A DNA stretch of 64,000 nt from an uncultured Chthonomonadaceae bacterium (GCA_963817895.1 CAWFQB010000001.1:1376001-1440000), one strand, 5' to 3'. Counted from the stretch's first letter, positions 52,684 to 63,145 are shown. Translations and numbers: made by a program. The notes: generated by a model not told the origin, from the letters alone.

Positions 52684-53910
52684 TCAGTGTTCGGAGGTTT
52701 GCTGTACAAGCGTTTCCGGCGCGAGTGGCTCATAGACGCGCATGAATTCGCCGTTTGTTTCTGCCTCGAACGTTTGCGGTTCCTGTAATTGCGGTTCCGA
52801 TTGTTGTGAATTCAGAATCGCCGGGGAAATCTGGGCAAGATTGGGGCGCAGAAGTTCCGTGGGGTCGGTTTGGTGGGCGGGAGTGGTGGCGCGAAGCAGG
52901 GTTTCCTGTCCCTCCATATTCGGGGCCGCGCCGCGCAGGAGGGTATTGGCCGCGCTTGCCTGCCGCTTACGATCTTGCAACAGGGGCAGAACATCGTTCG
53001 CTGCTGTTCGAACGGAATGAACTGTCGCCTGTAGCGAAACCCGTTCCACAATCTCTGCCGCCCGTCCATCCCCGACCTTGCCCAGCGTGGACAGTATCCG
53101 CAGCGCCACGCTTTCCGATTGTTGCGCCTCGAAACGGGAGGTTGTCGCCAGTATGTCCAAAACCTTGCAGAGATTAGGGATTCCGGCAGCCAGTCGCGCG
53201 TAATCGTACTCCGTCACGCAGGGCAAAATCTCCTCCATCGCCGTAAGCGCGGCTCCGCGCATATTTCGCAGGCTTCGCGCGCGGGCGAACGCCCTGCTTT
53301 TCGGCCCATGCAGGCAGGCGCGGGCAAGCGCGGGCAAGGCTTCCACGGAATGAAGGCGTCCGAGCGAAGCCGCCGCCGCCACGCGAATGTTTGTCATCAT
53401 GCCGCTTTCCACAACAGTCAGAACGGGCAGCACACACATCGCGAACAGGCCACTCAGCAACGCGATTCCCAATAGCATGAAAAAAATTACAAATCGCGAA
53501 GTAGCGTGTCCCACACTAAACATGCTTGTGATTACAAACAGGGCGAAAAGCAGCCAGCTCCATCCCACCGCCCGCAACAGGCGATACGCTACATTTTGTA
53601 TCCCCCATATATCCACCATTTTAATCAAGTGTTTTTCCACCGCTTCAGCATCTTCGCTCGTGTCTTGTGGATAGCCCAGCATCCATGCCGCAACGGTCTG
53701 CCTGCGCCAATGGTAGGGGCGAGGAGTTTTCAGGGATTGCAGCAGCCGTTTCGTCGTCAGGGGGTAAACCGTTTCGCCTTCCAGAAACGTTTCCGCCACT
53801 CGCCGGACAGGATGCCTGCGCCCGATGCGTTTGAGCAGACGCCGGATGGCTTCCGCTTCCTGCGGGGGTATCGGCTCCTGTTTTGAAGGTTGTTCGCCAT
53901 GTAAATCCAT
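52684..53910 (-). CDS. Membrane protein with HEAT-like repeats
   Basis: Two TM segments; RVAAAASLGRL..ALPAL, LGKVGD; LLR C-terminal repeats. Confidence 0.6.
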   Translation of the reverse strand: MDLHGEQPSKQEPIPPQEAEAIRRLLKRIGRRHPVRRVAETFLEGETVYPLTTKRLLQSLKTPRPYHWRRQTVAAWMLGYPQDTSEDAEAVEKHLIKMVDIWGIQNVAYRLLRAVGWSWLLFALFVITSMFSVGHATSRFVIFFMLLGIALLSGLFAMCVLPVLTVVESGMMTNIRVAAAASLGRLHSVEALPALARACLHGPKSRAFARARSLRNMRGAALTAMEEILPCVTEYDYARLAAGIPNLCKVLDILATTSRFEAQQSESVALRILSTLGKVGDGRAAEIVERVSLQATVHSVRTAANDVLPLLQDRKRQASAANTLLRGAAPNMEGQETLLRATTPAHQTDPTELLRPNLAQISPAILNSQQSEPQLQEPQTFEAETNGEFMRVYEPLAPETLVQQTSEH

Positions 53911-53940
53911 CGCGCTCTCTTTCCTGTCGGCTCGTAGTCC

Positions 53941-56900
53941 TTACTGCTTCATTTGCTCAATCGCTTCCAGTACGGAACGGCGATACATTTGGTACTCGCT
54001 GCGCGGCCATTTGGCGTCGTGGTCACGGTCGCCCAGATGGAAGGCCGCCAGTTTTGTATTCAGGAGGCGGCGTGCATCGGCGGCATGGGCATGGTTTGGA
54101 TGGGCGCGAAGCAGGCGGGAAAGCGTCAGCATCGCCCGGTAATCGTCTATGCCGCCCCGAATGTCGCGCTCGAAATGAATGGCGGGAAGCAGTTCGCGCC
54201 GCGCGTTGGTCGTAACCCAGGCGTAATCGTCCTCACGCGAATCCAGCGCGTAATAAGGGTCGCCCGCCGCCGCGTTCCAGTGCCACGACAGCCGAAATTT
54301 CATGCCGTACTCCTGCGCGCATTTGAACATGTAGGTTCCGAACGTCCACCGGCTGCCGTCGTTGTAAAACGCCCACGCGCCGCCCGCATCCTTGATGGCT
54401 TTCAGCGCGGCCTCGTCGTGCAGGTTCAGGTTGGCGATTTTCAGGGCGCGGGCAAGCGCGAGATGCGGGTCATTGGAAGGGGCCGAGGGTTGTACGCTGG
54501 TCGCGCCCGTTGTCAGTATACCTTCGGGGGCGGCTTCGCGCCACGCCCGCGCATTCTCCGCCGCCCGAACCGCGTCGTCGCCAATGGGTTCGTCGCATAA
54601 ATTAAACGCGACGGGCAGCCAGCGGGCGCTACGGGCGTGGCTGTCAACAACGGTGAGAACCGCGCGCAGAAAGTCGGGATAACGGTCGAAGCCCGCCGCC
54701 TTCATCGCCGCCTCATCTATGCCGTAATTGTTGAAACCGCCAATCCCGCCGTTGTAATTGACCACGATGCTGTGAAAGCCGAGATCGCGCGCGTCCGCCA
54801 TTTCCCGGTCGGCCTGCGTAAAGTCAATGTCGGGTACGCGATTATTCCAGCCCTTAATGTTCAGGGTCGGGATACCGGAAAAGGTCGTGCAGCCGTATTC
54901 GCGCATTTTGGCGAGGCTTTTGCGGAACATTTCGCGGTTGTAATCACCGGTTTCCCCGCCCTGCCAGGGCAGATTCAGCGTGCTGCCCCAGGGACCGGCG
55001 GGAACATCCAACTCGTCGAGCAGCGTGGCGAACAGACGGGCATGTACCGGCAGCATATCGGTTCGCCCGTCCGCGAAGCGCAGCGTTATTTGTCCCTGAT
55101 AGTCGCCCGCCATGACCTTTTGCGGAACTCGCAGCGTGAGCCAGAAGGTGGTGGTGTCGCCCTTGCGGATGTCGCCCACATTGCGCGGCAGAATAAAGCG
55201 GGGCGCAATGGTATACACAGTTCCCTCTCCCGTCACGCGGGTCAGGCGGTGGGACACGATGCCCATTCGTACCGCGCTTGCGGGAACCACGCCCTGCTTT
55301 GACTTCAAATCCGAAATGGAAACTGTTACCGCGCCATTCTCGCGCAGGCTGTGCAGGGAAAAGACGAGCGGTTCCTGCTGTCCGGCAGCCGCGCAAACGT
55401 CAAGGGGTTTGCGAACCTCTTCCCGGCGCGGAACCCCATTGATGGGTACATCCTCCATCGGGTCGCGGGCAAACAGCGCGTATCCCTGCTTCTGCTCCTG
55501 TGGCGTGGGCGCGAAAGCGGGAATGAAGCCCCTGCTGTCCCGGCGCGGATTGGGCAAAACGCGCTTGAAATAGTTGTCAAAGTAGAAGCGGCGGCGTTCA
55601 CGCAGATTGGCAAGGTACTGTTTGCCCAATTTGGCCTGCGACGCGGGATAAATGACGAGCGCGGAAACGGTGTTGGCATACGCTTCTCCCTCGAAATCCA
55701 GCGTCAGTTGCCCGTTCTTCACATCCGCGTCGAACTCTTTCTCCTGAAAATACGTCTTCTGGTACTTGTCGAACGTGTTGTCTTGCGGCCTGTCTTCCAC
55801 ATCGGCGTAGCGGAAATACTTTTGCAGAAAGCGGGGCAAATCCATCGTGTCCTGTACGACGGGAACGCCATTCGCTTTCACAGTTCGCTTGCGGTACGTC
55901 TGGTACTCGCCCCAAAACCCGGAGGGGCTGTCCAGATTGAGAAATACGTGGTACTTGCCATCCGGCAAGTCAACCGCAAACCCGCCGCTTTCAATGCACA
56001 TAATTCTTTGATACAGCGGGTCGGGCTGCTTCACATCGAAGGCATGCCATACGCGGGCGTTTTTCAGGCCGTAGCCGCGTCCCGGCGTGTACAGGGTTGC
56101 GGGCGACACGGGAATAAAGCCGCGCAGCGTGGTTCCGGTTTCCGGGCCGAACGAGAACGCCTGTAGGCCGGGAACGCGAACGCTGTCCGACAGGTCGCGT
56201 TCAAGGCGCAGGTTGTCGAAGAAAACGGGCGTTTTCGCGCCGTCTACATTCAATACGAGGCGGGTAATATGCGCCTTATCAAGCGCGCGTCCGGGGCGGC
56301 TCTTTTCCCCGACGTACAAATCCGTTGGCAAAATCAGGGTTGACGCGCCCGGTGGCACAACCGTATTGTAGTTTACCCGCGTCCAGTAGTCCGTCGTACC
56401 CTGATCGCGCAATTCGACAGTCAGCGTCGCGGATTCGTCGCCGGGATTGTAGACGTCCGCTTTGAAAAAGTCGTAACCCGTCCAGTCCTGCGCCCCGTCC
56501 CAAATCGCGTAGCCTTTCTGGATGCGCAGAGCAGAGGCTCCTTTGTTCTGCGCGTTGGGCGGCGCGGCGACATCAATGCCGTCACCGGGCGTGAACGGCG
56601 CGACCTTGCCGTTTTCAAAATCGGCGAGAATGCGGACGGGCGGCGTGGAGGGCGTAACAGAATGGGCGTTCAAATCCGCGCCACAGGCGTAGCACTGCCC
56701 CCACATCGGCAGGTTGCGATACCCGCAGTCGGGGCAGTGAACGGCGGTTCTGGCGTCCAGTGGGGCGGGCGGCGCAATCGGCTTCTCTTCCCTGCCCCAT
56801 ATTGGCCCGTTCGTCAGGGCAACATCGGCGGAAACCCGCTCTAATTTCGCGTCATCCACCCACAAACGCCCGCTTCCCCACAGCCCGATACGAAAGAAGA

Positions 56901-57360
56901 TTTCCTGCGTTTTCGGCACATCCTTGACGATTTCCAGCTGCGTCCAGCCGAACGTTCCCGATTTTTTTAACGGAACATAGGCATCGTCGGCAAAGTTCAC
57001 GTCCTCGCTGAAACCGTAAATACCGCTTCCCACATCCAGCCCGCGCGCGTAGCAGGCAAAGCGATACCGCCCCGGCATCACGGTCACAGCCGGACTCGAA
57101 AGCCGCATTTTCACGCCGGGTGAACCGTCCATTTCCGCGCTTGTTTTGCCCTCATGCGCCACTTTGCCGATCCGAAACGCGCCCGCGCCCTCAAACAGCC
57201 ACCCGCTCCACTTCCGATAGGGAACGCCGAACTGATTAGGCGACTGCGTCTCTTCAATGGACGCATCCGGCAGTAAGTTTTGCTGCGCCCCAACCCTGCT
57301 CTGCGCTAAAATTAATGCCATCATCAGCGACAGCAGTTTGCCAAAACCACATTGTTTCAT
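53941..57360 (-). CDS. Large secreted carbohydrate-binding / glycoside hydrolase-like protein
   Basis: Signal peptide, CBM-like beta modules, CPDC..CYAC ribbon, C-terminal DEP and R.GIDDY motifs. Confidence 0.6.
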   Translation of the reverse strand: MKQCGFGKLLSLMMALILAQSRVGAQQNLLPDASIEETQSPNQFGVPYRKWSGWLFEGAGAFRIGKVAHEGKTSAEMDGSPGVKMRLSSPAVTVMPGRYRFACYARGLDVGSGIYGFSEDVNFADDAYVPLKKSGTFGWTQLEIVKDVPKTQEIFFRIGLWGSGRLWVDDAKLERVSADVALTNGPIWGREEKPIAPPAPLDARTAVHCPDCGYRNLPMWGQCYACGADLNAHSVTPSTPPVRILADFENGKVAPFTPGDGIDVAAPPNAQNKGASALRIQKGYAIWDGAQDWTGYDFFKADVYNPGDESATLTVELRDQGTTDYWTRVNYNTVVPPGASTLILPTDLYVGEKSRPGRALDKAHITRLVLNVDGAKTPVFFDNLRLERDLSDSVRVPGLQAFSFGPETGTTLRGFIPVSPATLYTPGRGYGLKNARVWHAFDVKQPDPLYQRIMCIESGGFAVDLPDGKYHVFLNLDSPSGFWGEYQTYRKRTVKANGVPVVQDTMDLPRFLQKYFRYADVEDRPQDNTFDKYQKTYFQEKEFDADVKNGQLTLDFEGEAYANTVSALVIYPASQAKLGKQYLANLRERRRFYFDNYFKRVLPNPRRDSRGFIPAFAPTPQEQKQGYALFARDPMEDVPINGVPRREEVRKPLDVCAAAGQQEPLVFSLHSLRENGAVTVSISDLKSKQGVVPASAVRMGIVSHRLTRVTGEGTVYTIAPRFILPRNVGDIRKGDTTTFWLTLRVPQKVMAGDYQGQITLRFADGRTDMLPVHARLFATLLDELDVPAGPWGSTLNLPWQGGETGDYNREMFRKSLAKMREYGCTTFSGIPTLNIKGWNNRVPDIDFTQADREMADARDLGFHSIVVNYNGGIGGFNNYGIDEAAMKAAGFDRYPDFLRAVLTVVDSHARSARWLPVAFNLCDEPIGDDAVRAAENARAWREAAPEGILTTGATSVQPSAPSNDPHLALARALKIANLNLHDEAALKAIKDAGGAWAFYNDGSRWTFGTYMFKCAQEYGMKFRLSWHWNAAAGDPYYALDSREDDYAWVTTNARRELLPAIHFERDIRGGIDDYRAMLTLSRLLRAHPNHAHAADARRLLNTKLAAFHLGDRDHDAKWPRSEYQMYRRSVLEAIEQMKQ

Positions 57361-57541
57361 AAGGATTCTTTCTTGCGCTTTCTTGCTCATTTCGCAAAAT
57401 GCAGCGCTTGTTTTAACCGCAAAAATCTTCATACCGCGTTATCGCCGCGAAAAAGTATAAATGCCACTGGAGATTTTTCAGGGATGCTTATTATACAGTT
57501 AAAACAGTGTATACTAACTTCCATATAAAAGGGAGGCACTT

Positions 57542-58015
57542 ATGTCAGCGCAAGACAACACCAATCCAGCAGACGACGCAAACGCGACAACGCCGCAACA
57601 GTCCGGCGCTACGCCAACACCCGATTATGACCATATCGCGGGACAGGCGCAATCTATCATCGCAAGCCAGCTTCCCAATGTTCTGGCGTTGGCGAACAAG
57701 CTACAGACAAGTCCTGAACACCATGAGGATTTCAACCAGAACTCCGTAGATGCCGCCAAAAATCTTACCGGGTGGCAAGTGCCAAACGGCATGGATGTTG
57801 CTCATGACCCTGCAACCAACTCCGTGACTCTCAGCCACCAGATTCCGATTTCCAGTTCCAATCCGCAGCCTCATTCTGAACAGGGCGTTCCGCCTGCCCC
57901 AACGATCAATTTCAATCTGACGGTAATTAATGTCAACACTGTCAATATCGCGCTTGGCGGCGTACCGAGTCATGCCGACCTGACTACGCCTGCTGCCCCG
58001 GACGAAATGGCATAG
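57542..58015 (+). CDS. Hypothetical protein (NHLP-leader-like middle, Asn/aliphatic C-terminal stretch)
   Basis: Strong SD gggagg; 157 aa. Confidence 0.6.
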   Translation: MSAQDNTNPADDANATTPQQSGATPTPDYDHIAGQAQSIIASQLPNVLALANKLQTSPEHHEDFNQNSVDAAKNLTGWQVPNGMDVAHDPATNSVTLSHQIPISSSNPQPHSEQGVPPAPTINFNLTVINVNTVNIALGGVPSHADLTTPAAPDEMA

Positions 58016-58031
58016 AGCCTATCCCGATAGG

Positions 58032-58077
58032 TTCCCCTTCTCCCAACTTTGGGAGAAGAGGCCAGGGGTTGAGGGCC
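58032..58077. repeat. REP-like palindrome, copy 4, preceded by a solo MITE end (gagcctatcccgatagg, 58015-58031)
   Basis: ccccttctcccaa ct ttgggagaagagg ccaggggttgagggc. Confidence 0.75.
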
Positions 58078-58099
58078 AGTTGGGAGAGATTTTTAGTGG

Positions 58100-60736
58100 T
58101 TAGCGAGTAGCATACTCATGCGCCTGTTGTAGATTCATGGCAAGGCCTCGCGCATAGGATCGCTCGAAAATCTCTTTTCCTGAAACCTGTTGCAATTCCT
58201 CCAGAGTATGCGCCATTTCTTCCCGCTCCCTGACGGGAAGGGGCGCGCCAATGGTTTCGCGGAGCGCGGACGCTGCGCCATAAAGCTGCGCGGCGCGTTC
58301 GGCTTGATTTTGCATCCGGGCAAGCGCGGCAAACCCCTCCAGAGCGTAAGTGGTGACAAACTTTTCTTCCAGACTGCGGCAGACTGTAAGACACTCGCCA
58401 AGACAGGTATAAGCGTACTCGCCGTCGCCCTGCTGTAGCGCTGTCAGTCCAAGGTTGCACAGCGCAATTGCCGTGCCATGCGTGTCGTTCAACTCGCGGC
58501 GCAGCAGGAGACTCTCCTCGTGGAGTTCGCGGGAACGCGCGCTGTCGTTTGCCTCCTGCGCCAGCAGTCCCAAATTCCCCAGCGCGCGGGCGATTCCCTG
58601 CCGGTCGTCCATGTCTCGATACAGGGCAAGACTCTCCTGCTGCAAATCCATTGCGCGTTCAGGATCGCCCTGCTCCTGCGCCAGCAATCCCAGGTTGCAT
58701 AAGGCCGCGGCAAGCCCCTTCCTGTCGCCCAGGATGCGTTGTATCTCCAGACTCTCCTCATGGAATACGCGCGCCTGCTCCATTTCACCCTGTAACTGCG
58801 CCAGATTGCCGGCTCCGTTGAGCGCGTCGGCTCGCGCCCGCGTCGGAGTCCGCGCTTCGGGACGGTTGAGCAGAACGCTTAAATAGGCGCGTTCCTCCGC
58901 CAGATACCCCCGCGTCAAAAACACTCTCCACAGGGCCGCCGCCATTCGCAAGCCATACTCCGCGCTGTCGGCGTCTTCACAGCAGAAGTTGAGGGCCGCG
59001 CGCAGGTTGTCCAGCTCGGTTTCCAGCAGGGACAGGGTTGCGGCCTGTGACGCGCCACGCAGTTTGGGCCGCGCTTCTTCGGCCAGCATCAGAAAATAGT
59101 CGCGATGCCGCTTACATACAGCCTCCTGCTGCCCGCTTGCCGCCAGTTTTTCACGGGCGTACTGGCGAATCGTTTCCAGCAGATGATAGCGCGTTTCGCC
59201 CCGGACTTCCTCACAAACCACGAGGGACTTGTCTGCCAGAGCCGACAGCAAATCCAGCGTATCCCACGCTTCCGCGCCGTCTTCGGCGGCAACCTGTTCG
59301 CAGGCTTCCAGTGTCCAGCCGCCAACGAAAACAGACAGGCGGCACAGCAGGGCTTGTTCATGCTCGTTTAGCAAGTCGTAGCTCCAGTCAATAAGGGCGC
59401 GAAGGGTTTGCTGGCGCGGCAGAGCGGTACGGCTGCCGCCCGTAAGCAGGCGAAAGCAGTCGTCCAGTTTGGAAGCGATCTGTTCCACGCTCAACACCTT
59501 GACCCGAACGGCGGCCAGTTCAATGGCGAGTGGAATTCCATCCAGACGATAACATATTTGCGCCAGCGCGGGCGCGTTGTTTTCGGTAATCGCAAAATGG
59601 GGCTGCAACGCGGTCGCCCGTTCGCTGAACAGTTGAACCGATTCGCATTGGGTTATGGCGGCAATTCGGGCTTGTCCCAAAGGCAAGTGGCGGGGGTTCA
59701 GGCGAGTCAGAGGGGGTACAGGGTAGGTTGCTTCCCCCGCAATCCCCAATCCCTCCCGGCTGCTGGCAAGGATGCGCAGGCCGGGACAACTTTTAAGTAG
59801 CGTATCGGCGAGGCGCGCGCAGGACTGAATCAGATGTTCGCAGTTATCCAGAATCAGCAGCAGGTTTTTGTTCTTCAGAGACGCCGTCAGCGTGTCCAGC
59901 AGGGGAGAACCTGCCTGCTCCTGTACTTTCAGCGCGACGGCAACCGCCTGCGGCGTCAGGGTCGGGTCGGAAAGCGACGCCAGTTCCACCAGCCAGACGC
60001 CATCCGTGTACTGTTCCAGAATTTCGGCTCCCACTTGCAGCGTAATCCGGGTTTTGCCCGTCCCCCCGCTGCCGGTAAGTGTCAGCAGGCGCGTGCTGCC
60101 CATCAGTTGTTGGATCTCGCGCAGTTGTTGTTCGCGCCCTACAAAACTCGTCAGCTGCTGCGGCAGGTTGTTGGGCAGCGCGTCCAGAGATCGAAGGGGC
60201 GGAAACTCGAATGGCAGATGGGGATGCAGCAGTTGATAGGCGTGTTCGGGGCGCTGTAAATCTTTGAGGCGACACGCTCCCATAAATTTGAGGCTGATGT
60301 CGAGGGGCGGATTATCCCGCGCCATGTCGCAGGCGGCCTGCGACAACAGGATTTGCCCGCCATACGCCAGCGCCTGCAAACGCGCGGTTCGGTTTAACGT
60401 TGGGCCAAAATAGTCGTTGTCGCGCTCCTGAGCCGTCCCGGTATGGATAGCCATTCGCGCGCGCAACGCCCCCATTTCCCCCCACACATAAGAATTCAGG
60501 GCGGATTGCGCGGACACGGCGGCATTGATGGCGTCCTGCGGCGTGGCGAAAGCGGCGCAGAACGCATCCCCGACCGTCTTGAACACATAGCCGTTGTGCG
60601 CTTCAATGGCGCGGCGCATCAAAACATCATGCGCCTCCAGGGAAGCGGGCATGGCGTCCGGGTATTGTTCCCACAGCCGGGTACTGCCTTCAACGTCCGT
60701 GAAGAGAAATGTAATGGTTCCACTCGGCGGTTTCAT
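58100..60736 (-). CDS. Class III nucleotide cyclase + STAND/NB-ARC-like ATPase + TPR
   Basis: LFTDVEGST, GDAF, DYFGPTLNR.AR; GSGGTGKT, LDNCEH, LDGIPLAIELAA; TPRs. Confidence 0.92.
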   Translation of the reverse strand: MKPPSGTITFLFTDVEGSTRLWEQYPDAMPASLEAHDVLMRRAIEAHNGYVFKTVGDAFCAAFATPQDAINAAVSAQSALNSYVWGEMGALRARMAIHTGTAQERDNDYFGPTLNRTARLQALAYGGQILLSQAACDMARDNPPLDISLKFMGACRLKDLQRPEHAYQLLHPHLPFEFPPLRSLDALPNNLPQQLTSFVGREQQLREIQQLMGSTRLLTLTGSGGTGKTRITLQVGAEILEQYTDGVWLVELASLSDPTLTPQAVAVALKVQEQAGSPLLDTLTASLKNKNLLLILDNCEHLIQSCARLADTLLKSCPGLRILASSREGLGIAGEATYPVPPLTRLNPRHLPLGQARIAAITQCESVQLFSERATALQPHFAITENNAPALAQICYRLDGIPLAIELAAVRVKVLSVEQIASKLDDCFRLLTGGSRTALPRQQTLRALIDWSYDLLNEHEQALLCRLSVFVGGWTLEACEQVAAEDGAEAWDTLDLLSALADKSLVVCEEVRGETRYHLLETIRQYAREKLAASGQQEAVCKRHRDYFLMLAEEARPKLRGASQAATLSLLETELDNLRAALNFCCEDADSAEYGLRMAAALWRVFLTRGYLAEERAYLSVLLNRPEARTPTRARADALNGAGNLAQLQGEMEQARVFHEESLEIQRILGDRKGLAAALCNLGLLAQEQGDPERAMDLQQESLALYRDMDDRQGIARALGNLGLLAQEANDSARSRELHEESLLLRRELNDTHGTAIALCNLGLTALQQGDGEYAYTCLGECLTVCRSLEEKFVTTYALEGFAALARMQNQAERAAQLYGAASALRETIGAPLPVREREEMAHTLEELQQVSGKEIFERSYARGLAMNLQQAHEYATR

Positions 60737-60835
60737 TCAATTCTCCATACATCCTTGCCCCTACTTTCAGTGAAAACAAGCAAAACGCTTATCAGATAAG
60801 ACCTGATAAGCGTTATAAATCGGAGTTGGCATGTA

Positions 60836-61248
60836 TTAGAAAATGGCAAAAGGAGAAGTTCTTCCCTTAATCCATTCCGTGAACTCTTCAATGGAAAGTT
60901 GCTTTTCTTGAAAAGCAAGCGCCACTTTAACAGCATCTTCATCAAATCGCAGCCCATCATATATTTTCATGTCATAGCCATTAAGTTCAAGGAAGGACAC
61001 GCATGTATACAGGCCTGTTCTTTTGTTGGCTCCGTAGAAGACATGATTGACAATGATCCGTTCGGCTATCGTGGCGGCTTTATCAAAAATGCTGGGAAAC
61101 GATCTTCGCCAAAACGTTGTATTTATATCTCTTCAAGTATGTAATCCAGCGAAGTTCGATAAAGCAGATTGTCTGTCCCTACATACTCTTCGCCCGAAGC
61201 GATGATGAACCATCTGTTGATTTCAACGATAGCTTCAACGCTTGGCAC
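60836..61248 (-). pseudogene. Doc/Fic toxin, disrupted
   Basis: HVFYGANKRTG motif in one frame; N-terminal part in another frame with a stop. Confidence 0.7.
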
Positions 61249-61250
61249 TT

Positions 61251-61427
61251 TTAGTACTTGGCGAGTTCCATCCATGTTTTGCTGTGACGTTCCATTCGGC
61301 GCTTTGCTATGGCTAAAAATTCGGCATCAATTTCAGCTTGTGTCGGCTTAGGGACATTCTCCGACTGATCCACTAAATTCGTTTTGGGGTCAGGAGTAAT
61401 TTTGGGTTGAATCTCTATAGCAGCCAT
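61251..61427 (-). CDS. Small antitoxin upstream of doc
   Basis: C-terminal AKRRMERHSKTWMELAK resembles Doc-partner antitoxins. Confidence 0.6.
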   Translation of the reverse strand: MAAIEIQPKITPDPKTNLVDQSENVPKPTQAEIDAEFLAIAKRRMERHSKTWMELAKY

Positions 61428-61667
61428 AGCGCTACCCTCCGTCACAGACATAATTTATAGTGTGATTGTATCACATATTCTATACATTGTCAAAGAACGT
61501 GGCGGGGAAATCACCTGCAAATTTGTGATTAATTGAGCAGTAAGGTACATTGAGGTGAGAAAATTTCTCACTACTGTGTTAGTGCTTCAAACCACGAACT
61601 ATTTGAAACAGGCATCCTCTAGTTGGGCGCTCGGTTGGGCGTCAAGCCCACCGTGTCCAATGCGTTC

Positions 61668-62054
61668 CTATGCTTCTTTAAACTGTGGTTGCTCATAGCT
61701 ATTCGGCTGTAGCCAGAAGGAAACACGACCGTTTTTCTCGCTACGATGAGCTAATGACTTAACTTCTGATGGTTTGAGTATAAAAGTTGATGGGGCTTCA
61801 GACGCTACTTTGTTAATGATGACCCAGTAATCACCCATACAGTTGTCAAGTGAAGTTCCGAGAGGTACCGGATTGCGTTTGCTTAGAGCCTTAACCTGAA
61901 TGCCGATAAAGCGAGAGGCATCGCCGCTATACGCGATGATGTCTACACCACGAGCGTTTCTAGCTGTTGGCATCACGTTCCAGCCCAACCGTGAAAGTTT
62001 GTAGCAGCAGTAGTACAAGCCCACGTTACCAGTGATCTGAGGATTGAGGTTCAT
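61668..62054 (-). CDS. Small PD-(D/E)XK-fold nuclease-like protein
   Basis: G..G...V.YKLS..GW....T.RNA.GVDIIA....IQVKA; TAG may be premature (EA*ERIG). Confidence 0.65.
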   Translation of the reverse strand: MNLNPQITGNVGLYYCCYKLSRLGWNVMPTARNARGVDIIAYSGDASRFIGIQVKALSKRNPVPLGTSLDNCMGDYWVIINKVASEAPSTFILKPSEVKSLAHRSEKNGRVSFWLQPNSYEQPQFKEA

Positions 62055-62101
62055 ACGATCTTTAATGCTCAACTAGAAATTTTCCTTCGTTAAGATTCGG
62101 A

Positions 62102-63145
62102 TTACTGACGTAAGCGCGGGTCGAGGGCGTCACGGAGGGCGTCGCCGAAGAAGTTAAAGGCCATGACCGTCAGAGCGAGGAGGAGGCTAGGGTAGAGCAG
62201 CAGCATGGGATGCCCCTGCATCTGGTCCCGCGCCTCGTTGATCATGCGGCCCCAACTCGGATACGGCGGGGCCACGCCCAAGCCCAAAAACGCCAGCGTC
62301 GCTTCCGCCAGAATTACGCCCGCCATGTCCTGCGTTATCTGCACGATGAGCGGACTCAGGACGTTGGGGAAGACGTGTTTCCAGATGATGGAACTGTCGG
62401 ACGCGCCCAACGCCCGCGCCGCTTCGATATATTCTTTTTCGCGCAAGGCCAGAGTCTGCCCACGTACCAGACGCGCCACGCCCGGCCAACCGACCGCGCC
62501 AAGCGAGATAAACAGCGCAGTCAGACTGAGCGGCATGGATACCACCTGATTGGCGCCCCGTATCACGGCTGCCAGCAGAATCGCCAGCAGAATGTCGGGA
62601 AAGGCGAACACCACATCGGTTACGCGCATCAGCAGCGTGTCCAAGCGCCCGCTGTAGAACCCGGCAATCAGGCCGAGCGGAACGCCAATCAGGGCTTCCA
62701 GAACCACCACGAGCAGGGCCACGCCAAGCGAAACCCGCGCGCCGTACAGCAGCCGGGATAGCACGTCCCGGCCCAAATCGTCCGTGCCGAGCAGGTGGCG
62801 GGCGTCCGGCGGCGCGGGCAGTTGCGCGTAGTGGCTGTAGTCCTGCGACGCATACCCCCACTTCGCCAGCAGGGGCGCGAAAATCGCCGCCACAATCAGC
62901 AGTCCCATATACGCCAGACACGCCAGCGCGACCGGATTGCGCCGCAGCCGACGCCATGCTTCAAGAAGAGGAGAAGAGGAGAAGAGGAGAAGAGGAGACA
63001 GGGAGGCATCGTCTTCGGGAGTCCATGTCGACATTTCGGTACTCGTTTCCAGTCCACCCGGCGCGGCAATCAGCCCTGTCAAGTCCGTCGCCTCTTCTCT
63101 CCCCCTCTCCTCTTCTCCTCTTCTCCTCTTCTCCTCTTCTTGCAT
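62102..63145 (-). CDS. oppC: Peptide ABC transporter permease (OppC/DppC)
   Basis: HLLGTDDLGRD, EYIEAARALGA, EATLAFLGLG, GDALRDALDP. Confidence 0.92.
   Translation of the reverse strand: MQEEEKRRRGEEERGREEATDLTGLIAAPGGLETSTEMSTWTPEDDASLSPLLLFSSSPLLEAWRRLRRNPVALACLAYMGLLIVAAIFAPLLAKWGYASQDYSHYAQLPAPPDARHLLGTDDLGRDVLSRLLYGARVSLGVALLVVVLEALIGVPLGLIAGFYSGRLDTLLMRVTDVVFAFPDILLAILLAAVIRGANQVVSMPLSLTALFISLGAVGWPGVARLVRGQTLALREKEYIEAARALGASDSSIIWKHVFPNVLSPLIVQITQDMAGVILAEATLAFLGLGVAPPYPSWGRMINEARDQMQGHPMLLLYPSLLLALTVMAFNFFGDALRDALDPRLRQ
62963..63141. repeat. Oppositely oriented (gaagagga)n / (tcctcttc)n octamer arrays in the 5' end of oppC
   Basis: Purine array 62963-63000 and pyrimidine array 63090-63141; similar pair at 51808-51884. 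Confidence 0.8.

Noticed and set aside
42565..61670. Amber (TAG) recoding suggested by in-frame TAGs at ~42565, 44350, 50884 and 61668
   Set aside because: The expected residues differ (Q, E, W), each one substitution from TAG, and many intact genes here end in TAG; ordinary nonsense mutations fit better.
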